Positions 53,351-63,345 of a stretch of DNA of 64,000 nucleotides are shown piece after piece. The notes beneath the pieces were generated by a model, which worked only from the letters and a program-made list of their open reading frames with translations, did no database searches and was not told the origin of the DNA. The translations under genes and the position numbers were made by a program. The stretch is taken from positions 1 to 64,000 of the forward strand of contig JASTWF010000368.1 of NCBI GenBank assembly GCA_030390025.1. Direction: 5' to 3'. Source of the DNA: Squalus acanthias (lineage: Eukaryota). The first letter of the stretch is position 1, and each line of letters opens with the position of its first letter.

Positions 53351-54590
53351 TTGGGGGTTGTAGTTAATACAGAGGGTGACTGCGATAAAATAGAGGAAGA
53401 CTTTAATAAACTTGCAGAATGGGCGTCTAATTGCCAAATGAACTTCAATATAGAGAAGTGTGAGGTGGTACATTTTGGTGGGAAGAATAAGGACGCCACA
53501 TACTCCTTGGATCTGAGGGTACAGATACACAAATCACTAAAAGTGGCGACGCAGGTTAATAAGGCCATAAAAAAAACTAACAAAGCACTGGGGTTTATTT
53601 CTGGAGGGATAGAATTGAAAATCCTTGAAGTTATGTAAAACTTGTATAGAACCTTGGTTAGACCACACTTGGAGTGCTGTGCACAGTTCTGGTCTCCACG
53701 TTATACGGAGAATGCAGAGGCAGTGGGGAAGGTACAAAAAAGATTTGGTGGAATGATAGGCTATAACTATCAGGAAAGATTGAACAGGCTGGGGCTCTTT
53801 TCTCCAGAGAGAAGACTGAGGGGTGACCTAATGGAGGTCTTCAAGATTATGAAGCGGTTCGGTCGGGTAAACATAGAAACATAGAAGATAGGAGCAGGAG
53901 TAGGCCATTCGGCCCCTCGAGCCTGCTCCGCCATTCGATGAGATCATGGCTGATCATCCAAATTCAGTACCCTGTACCTGCCTTCTCCCCATATCCCTTG
54001 ATACCTTTAGCTTTAAGAAATATATCTAACTCATTCTTCAATATATTTAATGACTTGGCCTCAACTACCTTCTGTGGTAGAGAATTCCACAGGTTCACCA
54101 CTCTCTGGGTGAAGAAATTCTTCCTCATTTCTGTCCTAAATGGCTTACCCCTTATCCTTAGACTATGACCCCTGGTTCTGGACTCTCCGACCATCGGGAA
54201 CATTTTTCCTGCATCTAGTCTGTCCAGACCTGTCAGAATGTTATATGTTTCGATGAGATCCCCTCTCATTCTTCTATACTCCAGCGAGTATAAGCCCAAT
54301 CGACCCAATCTCTCCTCATATGTCATTCCTGCCATCCCAGGTATCAGCCTTGTGAATCTTCGCTGAACTCCTTCCATGGCAAGAACATCCTTCCTCAGAT
54401 AAGGCAACAAAAACTGCACACAGTACTCAAGGTGTGGTCTCACCAAGGCCCTGTACAACTGCAGCAGGACATCCCTGTTCCTATACTCAAACCCTTTCAC
54501 TATGAAGGCCAACATAGCATTTGCCTTCTTCACCGCCTGCTGAAGTAGAGAAGATGTTTCCACTTGCGGGAGAGACCAGAACTAGGGGTT
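53351..54590 (+). mobile_element. CR1 ORF2 3' fragment (plus), interrupted by an antisense CR1
   Basis: EWASNCQMNFNIEKCEVVHFG and YRTLVRPHLECCAQFWSP motifs. It resumes at ~54546 (EKMFPLAGETRTRG). Confidence 0.88.
53872..54545 (-). mobile_element. CR1 3' fragment, nested antisense
   Basis: ORF 53964-54563 carries CR1 C-terminal motifs, with a (catagaaa)n tail on +. Confidence 0.93.
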
Positions 54591-55031
54591 CAGTCCCGCT
54601 TTGGGAGTCCCGTGGCCCCCAGAGGGTATGAAGATATCTGGACTCCAACGCAGATCTCTCTCCCAACCCCCACCACCACCTGATCTCGCACAGTCCCAAT
54701 TCCGGAATGTGGAGAAAGCCCAGGACAATTCCCATAGCTCCGCCTGAACTCAGAGGGGTTAAGGACAGGCTTTCAAGCTATTTAATTATGGATGGAAGCG
54801 TCCATGGAGTCAGCTCTTAAATCCCACAGTCCATTTGCGACTAAATTCAATTTGTGGGCTGTCTCTCAATCACATCGTGTCTCTCGACACAGTCCCAACC
54901 AGCACAAGGCAGAGTGAACATCTTCCTCTCTCTCTCTCTCTCTCTTGCTCCTCCTCACTCTGCCTTCCTGCTCTGGTGGAGCAGGAGACGTTCAGTATCA
55001 GAAGCGACCTGGGGACCGAAGGACAGGACAA

Positions 55032-55150
55032 ATGGGTTTCGTGGAGGACTTCTTCACTTACGAGACGCCCAAGTCGGTGGTGGTGAAAAGCTGGACGGTG
55101 GGGATAATTAACCGTCTGATGCAGATCCTGATCATCATGTACTTTGTCGG
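55032..55150 (+). CDS. P2RX3: P2X purinoceptor 3, first coding exon (N-terminus and start of TM1)
   Basis: MGFVEDFFTYETPKSVVVKSWTVGIINRLMQILIIMYFVG matches the P2X3 N-terminus (FFTYETxKSVVVKSWTxGIINR, including the YxTxK motif). It ends at a phase-2 GTGAGT donor at 55151. Further exons lie outside the window. Confidence 0.93.
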
Positions 55151-55357
55151 GTGAGTAGCTCCGAGGACGGCCGGTTTTATACATCACCATGTGTCATTTC
55201 ATCTAGACAGCACCTTCCACCATCTCGGGACCTCCCAAAGAGCTTTAAAGACAGTGAAGAACTTTTCAAAGTGCAGTCACTGCTGAAGGGTAGGAAACGA
55301 GGCAGCAAGTTTGCGCACAGCAAGTTTCCACAAACTACAAAGAGAAGACAAACAGAT

Positions 55358-56855
55358 GGTGTGTTATAATATATACAGGAGTGTTATACCCTGTAACACA
55401 CAGTGTGTTATTATATAATAGACAGGAGCGTTATACCCAGTAACACACGGTGTGTTACTATATAATAGACAGGAGTGTTATACCCTGTAACACACGGTGT
55501 GTTACTATATAATATATACAGGAGTGTTATACCCAGTAAGACACGGTGTGTTATTATATAATATATATAGGAGCGTTATACCCAGTAAGACACGGTGTGT
55601 TATTATATAATATATACAGGACCGTTATACCCTGTAACACACGGTGTGTTATTATATAATATATACAGGCGCGTTATACCCTGTAACGCACGGTGTGTTA
55701 TTATATAATATATACAGGAGCGTTATACACTGTAACGCACGGTGTGATAGTAGATTGGCGGTTAGGATCAGATCAGCCATGATCTTATTGAATGGCGGAG
55801 CAGGCTCGAGGGGCCAATTGGCCTACTCCTGCTCCTATTTCTTATGTTCTTATGTTCTTATGTTCTTATGTTATTATATAATATACACAGGAGTGTTATA
55901 CCCAGTAACACACGGTGTGTTATTATATAATATATACAGAAGCGTTATACCCAGTAACACACGGTGTGTTATTATATAATATAGACAGGAGTGTTATACC
56001 CAGTAACGCACGGTGTGTTATTATATAATATAGACAGGACTATGTACCCAGTAACACACGGTGTGTTATTATATAATATATACAGGAGCATTATACCCTG
56101 TAATGCACGGTGTGTTATTATATAATATATACAGGAGCATTATACCCTGTAACGCACGGTGTGTTATTATATAATAGACAGGAGAGTTATACCCAGTAAC
56201 ACACGGTGTGTTATTATATAATATATACAGGAGTGTTATACCCAGTAACACACGGTGTGTTATTATATAATATATACAGAGTGTTATACCCAGTAACACA
56301 CGGTGTGTTATTATATAATATATACAGAGTGTTATACCCAGTAACACACAGTGTGTTATTATATAATATATACAGAGTGTTATACCCAGTAACACACGGT
56401 GTGTTATTATATAATATATACAGAGTGTTATACCCAGTAACACACGGTGTGTTATTATATAATATATACAGAGTGTTATACCCAGTAACACACGGTGTGT
56501 TATTATATAATATATACAGAGTGTTATACCCAGTAACACACGGTGTGTTATTATATAATATATACAGGAGCGTTATACCCAGTAACACACGGTGTGTTAT
56601 TATATAATATATACAGGAGTGTTATACCCAGTAACACACGGTGTGTTATTATATAATATATACAGGAGAGTTATACCCGGTAACACACGGTGTGTTATTA
56701 TATAATATATACAGGAGCGTTATACCCAGTAACACACAGTGTGTTATTATATAATATATACAGGAGCGTTATACCCGGTAACACACGGTGTGTTATTATA
56801 TAATATATACAGGAGTGTTATACCCAATAGCACACGGTGTGTTATTATATAATAT
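55358..56855 (+). repeat. 47-49 bp AT-rich minisatellite (GTGTGTTATTATATAATATATACAGGAGTGTTATACCCAGTAACACACG) in P2RX3 intron 1
   Basis: Direct tandem periodicity. It is interrupted by a CR1 tail and ends at the LTR. Confidence 0.95.
55747..55870 (+). mobile_element. CR1 extreme 3' end
   Basis: gatcagccatgatcttattgaatggcggagcaggctcgagggg...(ttcttatg)n, like other CR1 tails in the window. Confidence 0.85.
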
Positions 56856-57332
56856 TGTTGTGGAAAAAAGCCACTCGGAGTCACGGTTAGGCTGCGATAT
56901 GAGAGAAACTTTATTACAAGCATGCAGGGGAGAGCCTTCAGCGTACCCAAGGCTTTCAAAATTACAATTGTCGTGGAAGTTTATTTATACATAATCAACC
57001 TTTAATTACCAGTTACATAGGTTTTTGCAGGTGTTTCCGCTGCCCAACTGTCCCGGACCCAAGGTCCTTACTTCTGCCTTTCTGCAGTTTTGTTTTATCT
57101 TATCCAGTCTCCAGTTCCCATTATCTTTTTTCATTGTTCCTGATTCAAGGTTTCGTGAAGAAACTTTATTACAACTACTGCTACTGTTTAAATGCTGACA
57201 CTACGCTTTGGTCTGGTTTTGGTCAAGCTTCCCATCATGCCTTGCAGTTACAGTAACATTTTAATAGCATAGATTCTAACGCAACTATAATATACATTTA
57301 AAGGTTATCCAAACCTACAGGTTACCCTATCA
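56856..57332 (-). mobile_element. 3' LTR (~477 bp)
   Basis: Minus begins TGATAGGG right after the purine-rich CAGGAGGGAC (57333-57342). It contains TATAAATA (~56982-56989) and AATAAA (~56910-56915), and ends TCCACAACA. Confidence 0.85.
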
Positions 57333-57671
57333 GTCCCTCCTGTTGGCCCCTGGGCAGACCTCGTCTGATCCAGGTAGGACATACCTAAATCCCTGAATTC
57401 TCGACCTGCTGGATTGTCCAGGGATCCAACTGGACTTGAGCAAGTGTCAAATCCATAAATTACATGGTCCGCTTACAGCCTCACCGATATCCTGGTGACA
57501 TTGGCTATGCTTGGGACCCAGTCGGTCAGATTTATATAGCATACGCGTCCCACTTTTCCCCAGTCTCGGAGAGTGGCACCTTGGCTACTGACACCGGGGC
57601 GTATCCCCTATTTGACATCATCACCACTTGCACCACTTGGGATATCATCCATTTTTGAAAGCTACGGATAA

Positions 57672-58106
57672 GTACATAAGAAATAGGAGCAGGAATAGGC
57701 CACTTGGCCCCTCGAGCCTGCTCCGCCATTCAATAAGATCATGGCTGATCTTGGGCTCAAAGCCACTTCCTCGCCCGCTCCCCATAACCCTTCACTCCCT
57801 TATCTTGTAAAAATTTGTCTATCTCCACTTTAAATGTATTTAATGACCCAGCCTCCACGGCTCTCTGGGGCAGAGAATTCCACAGATTTACGACCCTCCG
57901 AGAGAAGAAGTTCCTCCTCATCTCAGTTCTAAAAGGGCGACCCTTTATTCTGAGACTTTGCCCCCGAGTTCTAGATTTCTCCACGAGGTGAAACATCTTC
58001 TCTGCATCTACCTTGTCGAGCCCCCTCAGTATCTTATATGTTTCGATAAGATCACACCTCATTCTTCTAAATTCCAATGAGTATAGGCCCAACCTGCTCA
58101 CAACCT
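57672..58106 (-). mobile_element. CR1 3' fragment inserted in the env TM region
   Basis: ORF 57757-58101. Nearly identical to the CR1 at 7009-7460. Confidence 0.93.
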
Positions 58107-59017
58107 TTCCTCATATACTGATGATAAGGACAAGCGTGGAGGCGATGGCGGCTGCCATTCTACCTATGTCCCACCAGTTAGGCTGTCTTTGGCCCCCTCC
58201 TACTGGGCCTATGGCTGAAGCGCCCTGCCTTTTAGCTCCCAGCCTTCTAGCCGTTCTTTTGGTCAAGTCCACCTCCACTCTTCCCCGTGAGGGCCTGTTT
58301 ACTCCCGTGCAATGTATTCCATTGTGGCATTCAAGGCCTGTTCCACCGCCTCCCTAGCATCCCTCCCTGGTGTATCATCCACACGCAACACGTCATCCCA
58401 CCATGGGCTGAAGACCAGGCCGGCGAGGGTTCTGCCTGGTAGATGGAAATCTCCCAAGGTGAGAGAGTCTGACACTTGTAGGCGAAACGTATGATTATTT
58501 ACACATGCCAATCGTCCGTAGAGGTAGTTCTTCTCGTCAGTCAGAAAACACCACTGAGTTGGAGAGGCCTGAATCGCCCTAAAGGCTCCTTCCAAAGGCT
58601 CTACCATCACCACCACTGCTGAGCCCTCATCTATCGGTTTCAGGGTGTTACAGGTACACACGATGTAGTGCTCTAACTCAGTACGGCACTCATCCATGGT
58701 CATCAGGAGGGTGCCATTCTTGCCAGGTGCTACGTATCCGCAGGTACCCACCCGGTACGCCGATTCACCTCTGACCAACCCCAGAGACTCTACTTTACAT
58801 CCCCCCTGATATGTCCCATTCTTGTGCCCCTGTGGCACCACCATTAGAAACCTAAATGCATCCGCTGCCCCCCCCCCCCCCCCCACCCCGCCTGCTGGGC
58901 GGGTTACCAAGAGTCTATCTTCCTCCCAGTTAATCAGATTGAGACTGCTGACTTCCTTCTATGCATGCCGGGGCACCGTCCCAAAACCTGATGTCTTCAA
59001 TGTCTGATTCAACACTG

Positions 59018-59583
59018 ATGTGGAAATGCCGGTGTTGGACTGGGGTGGACAAATGTGAGAAGTCGCACAACACCAGGTTATAGTCCAACAGCTTTATTGG
59101 AAATCACAAGCTTTCGGAGCGGCTGCTCCTTCGTCAGGTGAAGTGAAGAGATGCATATAGGCACGGCATATATAGTCAGAGAACACAGCCAGGTGATTAC
59201 AGTTAATCTTTCTAACTGCCCTTTATCACACCTCGGCAGAGAGACAATCACGGCAATTAATGGTGTGGATGGTGTCCAAACAAGACAATGAGGTGGGGTC
59301 ACAAGGGGTCAATTGTGGCAGATGCTGGGGTCTGTATGTTTTCCTGACTGACCTGGTTGGACACCATCCACACCTTTGATTGCCGTGATTATCTCTCTGC
59401 CGAGGTGTGATAAAGGGCAGTTGGAAAGATTAACTGTAGTCACCTGGCAGTGTTCTCTGACTATATATGCTGTGCCTATATGCATCTCTTCACTTCACCT
59501 GACGAAGGAGCAGCGCTCCGAAAGCTTGTGATTTCAAATAAAGCTGTTGGACTATAACCTGGTGTTGTGCGACTTCTCACATT
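59018..59583. mobile_element. Non-coding Penelope fold-back insertion with two inverted termini; hammerheads at 59104-59141 (-) and 59495-59531 (+)
   Basis: Both arms match the termini of the 10312-11990 element. TGATTCAAC(A/G)CTG is duplicated at 59005-59017 and 59584-59596. Confidence 0.9.
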
Positions 59584-60052
59584 TGATTCAACGCTGTCAA
59601 TCAAGTCCCAAGCCAGCATGTCGCATGCTCGCTTGCCCCTTGGACTGTAAACCAGTCGCCTTTTATTACGGCTTTCCCCTAGGTCCTCTATACCTCTCTG
59701 TAACCCGGTTCCCTGCACTTCTACTGCCGTAAGCGCATACTCCGTTCCCTGAGCTGTGAACCACAGGCCCTTGGCACTTGCCTGCACCACCCAGGAGGCA
59801 TAGCTATCCAGGCCCGTGATTTGCCATGAATTTAGGACCGAGTTGGCACTTCCCCTAATATACTCCGTCTCCGCCACCCCTTGGTGGGCCCCTACTTTGG
59901 GGGCTATGCGCTCCTTATAATCACTAAGTAATCGCTGCAATTTATGCGTCGCCCAAGTAATTGATGCTGGGTGATCACCACAATTGGCCTCCGACGCCGG
60001 CACTATACTGGCTCAGGTTATAGGTTACTTCTAAAGTGACTATAGTTACATC

Positions 60053-60372
60053 ATGTGAGAAGTCGCACAACACCAGGTTATAGTCCCAACAGCTTTATTT
60101 GAAATCACAAGCTTTCGGAGCGCTGCTCCTTCGTCAGGTGAAGTGAAGAGATGCATATAGGCACAGCATATATAGACAGAGAACACTGCCAGATGATTAC
60201 AGATTATCTCTGACTATATATGCTGTGCCTATATGCATCTCTTCACTTTACCTGACGAAGGAGCAGCCGCTCCGAAAGCTTGTGATTTCAAATAAAGCTG
60301 TTGGACTATAACCTGGTGTTGTGCGACTTCTCACATTTGTCCACCCCAGTCCAACACCGGCATCTCCACATC
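60053..60372. mobile_element. Miniature Penelope fold-back insertion; hammerheads at 60105-60141 (-) and 60248-60285 (+)
   Basis: Inverted terminal arms. ATAGTTACATC is duplicated at 60042-60052 and 60373-60383. Confidence 0.9.
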
Positions 60373-60483
60373 ATAGTTACATCGTGTAAGAGTGCCCTCG
60401 GGCCCCCGACCCTGATCATGCCATCCGTTGGAGGTGGCACCGTGGTGGGACATCGCGACGGCTTTTGATACCCACATGTTGTC

Positions 60484-61588
60484 AGAGAGTCATAGGGAGA
60501 AAAATTCAGTTGGTTGCGCCTCCCGTTAGCGCCTTAAGAGGGCACTAATGGGGCGCAAAGCATCGAGCGCCCAGGCGCGGCGAAGTTTGCGCCGTTCGTG
60601 AAATTAACTAGACATTTAGTGGTGGCGCTAAACACTACCGCCACGATCTCCTGCGCCGGCAGATCGTGACGTCAGTCGAGTGCGCAACGCCCCGGTATCG
60701 CCCCGGAGCGGATATTGAGTGGCGCCCCCTGCCTTACCGCCTGATGCTAGCAACGACAGGTTGAGGGGAGCTTTCTCCAGTCATGAAGGGAAAGGGGGAG
60801 CGCTATTTAAAGGTGACCGCTTCCTGCCTTTTATTGTTGGTGCCATTTTTGAACTATGCATTCTGAGAGAGAGAGAGAGAGACTTCTGGAGAGATTCAAC
60901 GTTGTGTGAAGGAGTTTTGGGTACTGAGCAGCACTTTGCAGGTTCATTTTGATTTGCCATTCCTTGTATCGATTTAGAAGAGACTGTGGGGGCTGCACTC
61001 TGAGCTCTTTGCCTGGTACTCTCCATTGTTCTTTCCAGCACATTTGATGTGCAGGTCTCTCCAGGCCGAGATTCAAGGCTGCAATGAGCAGGATGTGGAT
61101 GGAAAGCAAGATTAACCATCCCCTTTAACAACTGGCCCGTGCCATTGTGTGTGTGTTCCATTGCTGACTGACATTACATGAGCTTCGCCAGCGCTCTGAG
61201 GTAGCGCCTTGCTCCTCGGCCTTTGCGCCTTAAGACAGGTGTGAAGCGCCTGATTTAGCGCTCCAATCACCTCCAGGGGCGATAAAAGTCAAGTTTGCAG
61301 TCGGTGGCGATAATTAGCGCCAGGCGCTAATCTTTGCGCCCGGCCGATAATTGCGCCCCAAATGGGGCGATACTGAATTTCTCCCCCATAGAGTTATACA
61401 GCACAGAAAGAGGTCCTTCGGCCCATCATGTCCACGCCGGCCATCAAGCCCTGTCTATTCTAATCCCATTTTCCAGCACTTGGTCCGTAGCCTTGTACGC
61501 TATGGCGTTTCAAGTGCTCATCTAAATGCTTCTTGAATGTTGTGAGGGTTCCTGCCTCTACCACCCTTCCGGGCAGTGAGTTCCAGAT
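60484..61588 (-). mobile_element. CR1 3' fragment with a MITE inserted in its tail
   Basis: Minus reads IWNSLPGRVVEAGTLTTFKKHLDEHL...GYGPSAGKWD. The (catagagt)-type tail is split at 60494/61388. Confidence 0.85.
60495..61387. mobile_element. MITE-like non-autonomous DNA transposon (possibly PIF/Harbinger type)
   Basis: Ends are GGGAGAAAAATTCAG...CTGAATTTCTCCCCC, flanked by a duplicated ATA. CpG-rich and non-coding. Confidence 0.75.
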
Positions 61589-62399
61589 TAAATCAAAGCA
61601 TCTTCTATCAGTACATCCCAACCGCTTATGAACATCGCTACACAATTCTTGGCAATATTGTCCCTCGAGTCCTGGTTCCCGAATGAATGGGGGTAATTTA
61701 GTCCACCCCTGCTATAATGTTGACGGTACTGATGACCACAGCCATCGTTTTTCCGCGCTGCCCCTCGTGCGGCGAACAGGAGTATAACCAACATCCCAGT
61801 CCCGTGGCATCATCATATATGCCGGTGACCGTTATATCTCCATCAGTATCCACGCTAGTTTGTAGTTGTGTATAATTGTCACTTCTGGGTCCGATAACAG
61901 GGATCCAGACCGAGTTGAAGGGATCTGCTTGCGTGGTGCCAGGACGGATCTCAAGTTCATAGGACCAACTGCCCGGGGCACCATACCCTGATCTTTCCCT
62001 TTGTGATGGGCAGGGACGCCGTTCCAATTGGACTGGTTGTCCGGGGGCGGACAATTCATGGTTGTTGCCACAGATAGGATCCCAGTATCCTTGTCCCGTA
62101 TTACATTTGGGATTTATTTTCCATAGCTTGGTCATATGGGTATGTGCGGTGACCCGGTCCGTGATCCATATATTGGGTTTCTTTGCCCTTCCCCCTTTCC
62201 CCCCCCCTGTGGCAGCTGCATGTGTTGCCCTGGATGCAAACAAGTACTTTTATCGATGTGCACGGTGGGCGCCTCCCACTCTCCCGTAATTGTCAGGAGG
62301 GTGATCGCCGTCACGGCCGTCCACCAGGCCACCACTGTGAGATAGGTTGATCTGAAACAAAGTCATTAAGAGATCTGCTGCTAGCTTTCCTGTTGGTAG

Positions 62400-63345
62400 A
62401 AACAGAATGTGAGTCATACGGCTTAACCTGGGACCAATGTTTCCACCTACCCCCCTTTTGTATGTCCAAACACACACACACATATCGCTGGTCATTAGGA
62501 CCGTGCAAGGCCCAGACCACCGAGGCGCCAGTCCCGGTTTGGACGGCACCCCTTTTACCATTACCCTATCTCCCACCGTTGGGAGCCCCGATGACTCGGG
62601 TTCAGGCCCACGCCTGTGTCGATCTGCCGCTTCTTGCTGCTGTTTTACTTCCACTTTCGTCCCTTGAAGCTGTTTCCATAGCTCCGCTACATACCGTGTA
62701 ATTCTATCCCTCAGCGGCCCTGTTTCACTACACTCCTTCCATCACCCCTTCTGGTAATCTTATAGCCCTCCCAGTCATTAATTCAGACGGAGTCAGTCCT
62801 ATTGTCCGGTTGGGCTCATTAATATGGTCGGGAGGACATCCACTCAGTTCTTACCCGCGCTCGCAATCGCTTTTGCTATAGCCGTTTTCAGGGTTCTATT
62901 CATGCGCTCCACCATGCCGGAACGCTAAGAAAACTACTGTGCGCTTGGTCTAAGCGTCAAACAAAGCTTTAATCAACTGTTTTACAACATGGCGGTCTAG
63001 TTGTGTCCTTCACTAGTTCCTGTTAAAGAATGTCCTGCGCAAGCTAGGCCCGCGCCCGAGTATTTATATTCTCCCTGGATAGCGCCACCCGCAGGCCCCT
63101 CGGTATTATTTCATAAGTCATTGCCACATGAATGACAAGATTCATGTCAGTAAGGTATGTGGAACCTCTGCTTTACCCCCAATAACTGACATGCCCTCTT
63201 CATGACCCTACCCGTAAAAGTGGGTCCCCTGGTCTGAATCACCAGGGGGTTTCCCCCTTGATCATGACGGGTGTCATATCGACCCTCCCGCAATCCTGTT
63301 TGTGTCCAGCCCTTACCTCTGGAAATTGGGAACACACAAGCCCAA
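62400..63345 (-). pseudogene. pol: pol remnant: RT N-terminal stub fused to the integrase core and GPY/F-type C-terminal domain
   Basis: PEV.AGHKQDCGRVDMTPVMIKG (~63250-63320), then DSDQGTHF..GRVMKRACQLLGVKQRFHIPY, SGMVERMNRTLK, GLTPSELMTGR, VGDRVMVK...PRWSGP and WKHWSQVK. Confidence 0.85.
62925..63149 (-). mobile_element. Short LTR-like insertion within the integrase
   Basis: It interrupts FHIPY/SGMVE. The minus strand starts TGACATG and contains TATAAATA and ATTAAA. The 3' CA is missing, and it is not similar to the provirus LTR. Confidence 0.55.

Larger units (their letters stand above)
57532..62350 (-). pseudogene. env: env, class I fusogen of paramyxo/pneumovirus F-like type; frameshifted and interrupted by five insertions
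   Basis: Signal-like VVAWWTAVTAITLLTITG is followed by Cys-containing ectodomain pieces (61698-62243, 60373-60480, 59584-60052, 58299-59017). It ends in WWDIG...AIASTLVLIISVL, a TM-like segment, and a short tail. Confidence 0.75.
56856..63345 (-). mobile_element. Decayed endogenous retrovirus, lokiretrovirus-like (RT stub / integrase - env - PPT - 3' LTR)
   Basis: Colinear minus-strand pol and env remnants end in a PPT and a TG...CA LTR. The 5' LTR and gag are not seen in the window. Confidence 0.85.

Noticed and set aside
54945..55031. Upstream extension of the P2RX3 ORF in the track
   Set aside because: It begins at a non-ATG codon. Homology starts at the ATG at 55032.
55032..55150. Assignment to P2RX2 or another P2X paralogue
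   Set aside because: SVVVKSWTxGIINR and the very short N-terminus are P2X3-specific.
56069..56607. Repetitive ORFs in intron 1
   Set aside because: They are translations of the 48-bp minisatellite.
59630..59680. RNKRR/RGKR as the env furin site
   Set aside because: They lie downstream of the putative fusion peptide in a degenerate, possibly frameshifted region and cannot be supported.
57532..62350. Domesticated (syncytin-like) functional env
   Set aside because: It has multiple stops, frameshifts and five TE insertions.
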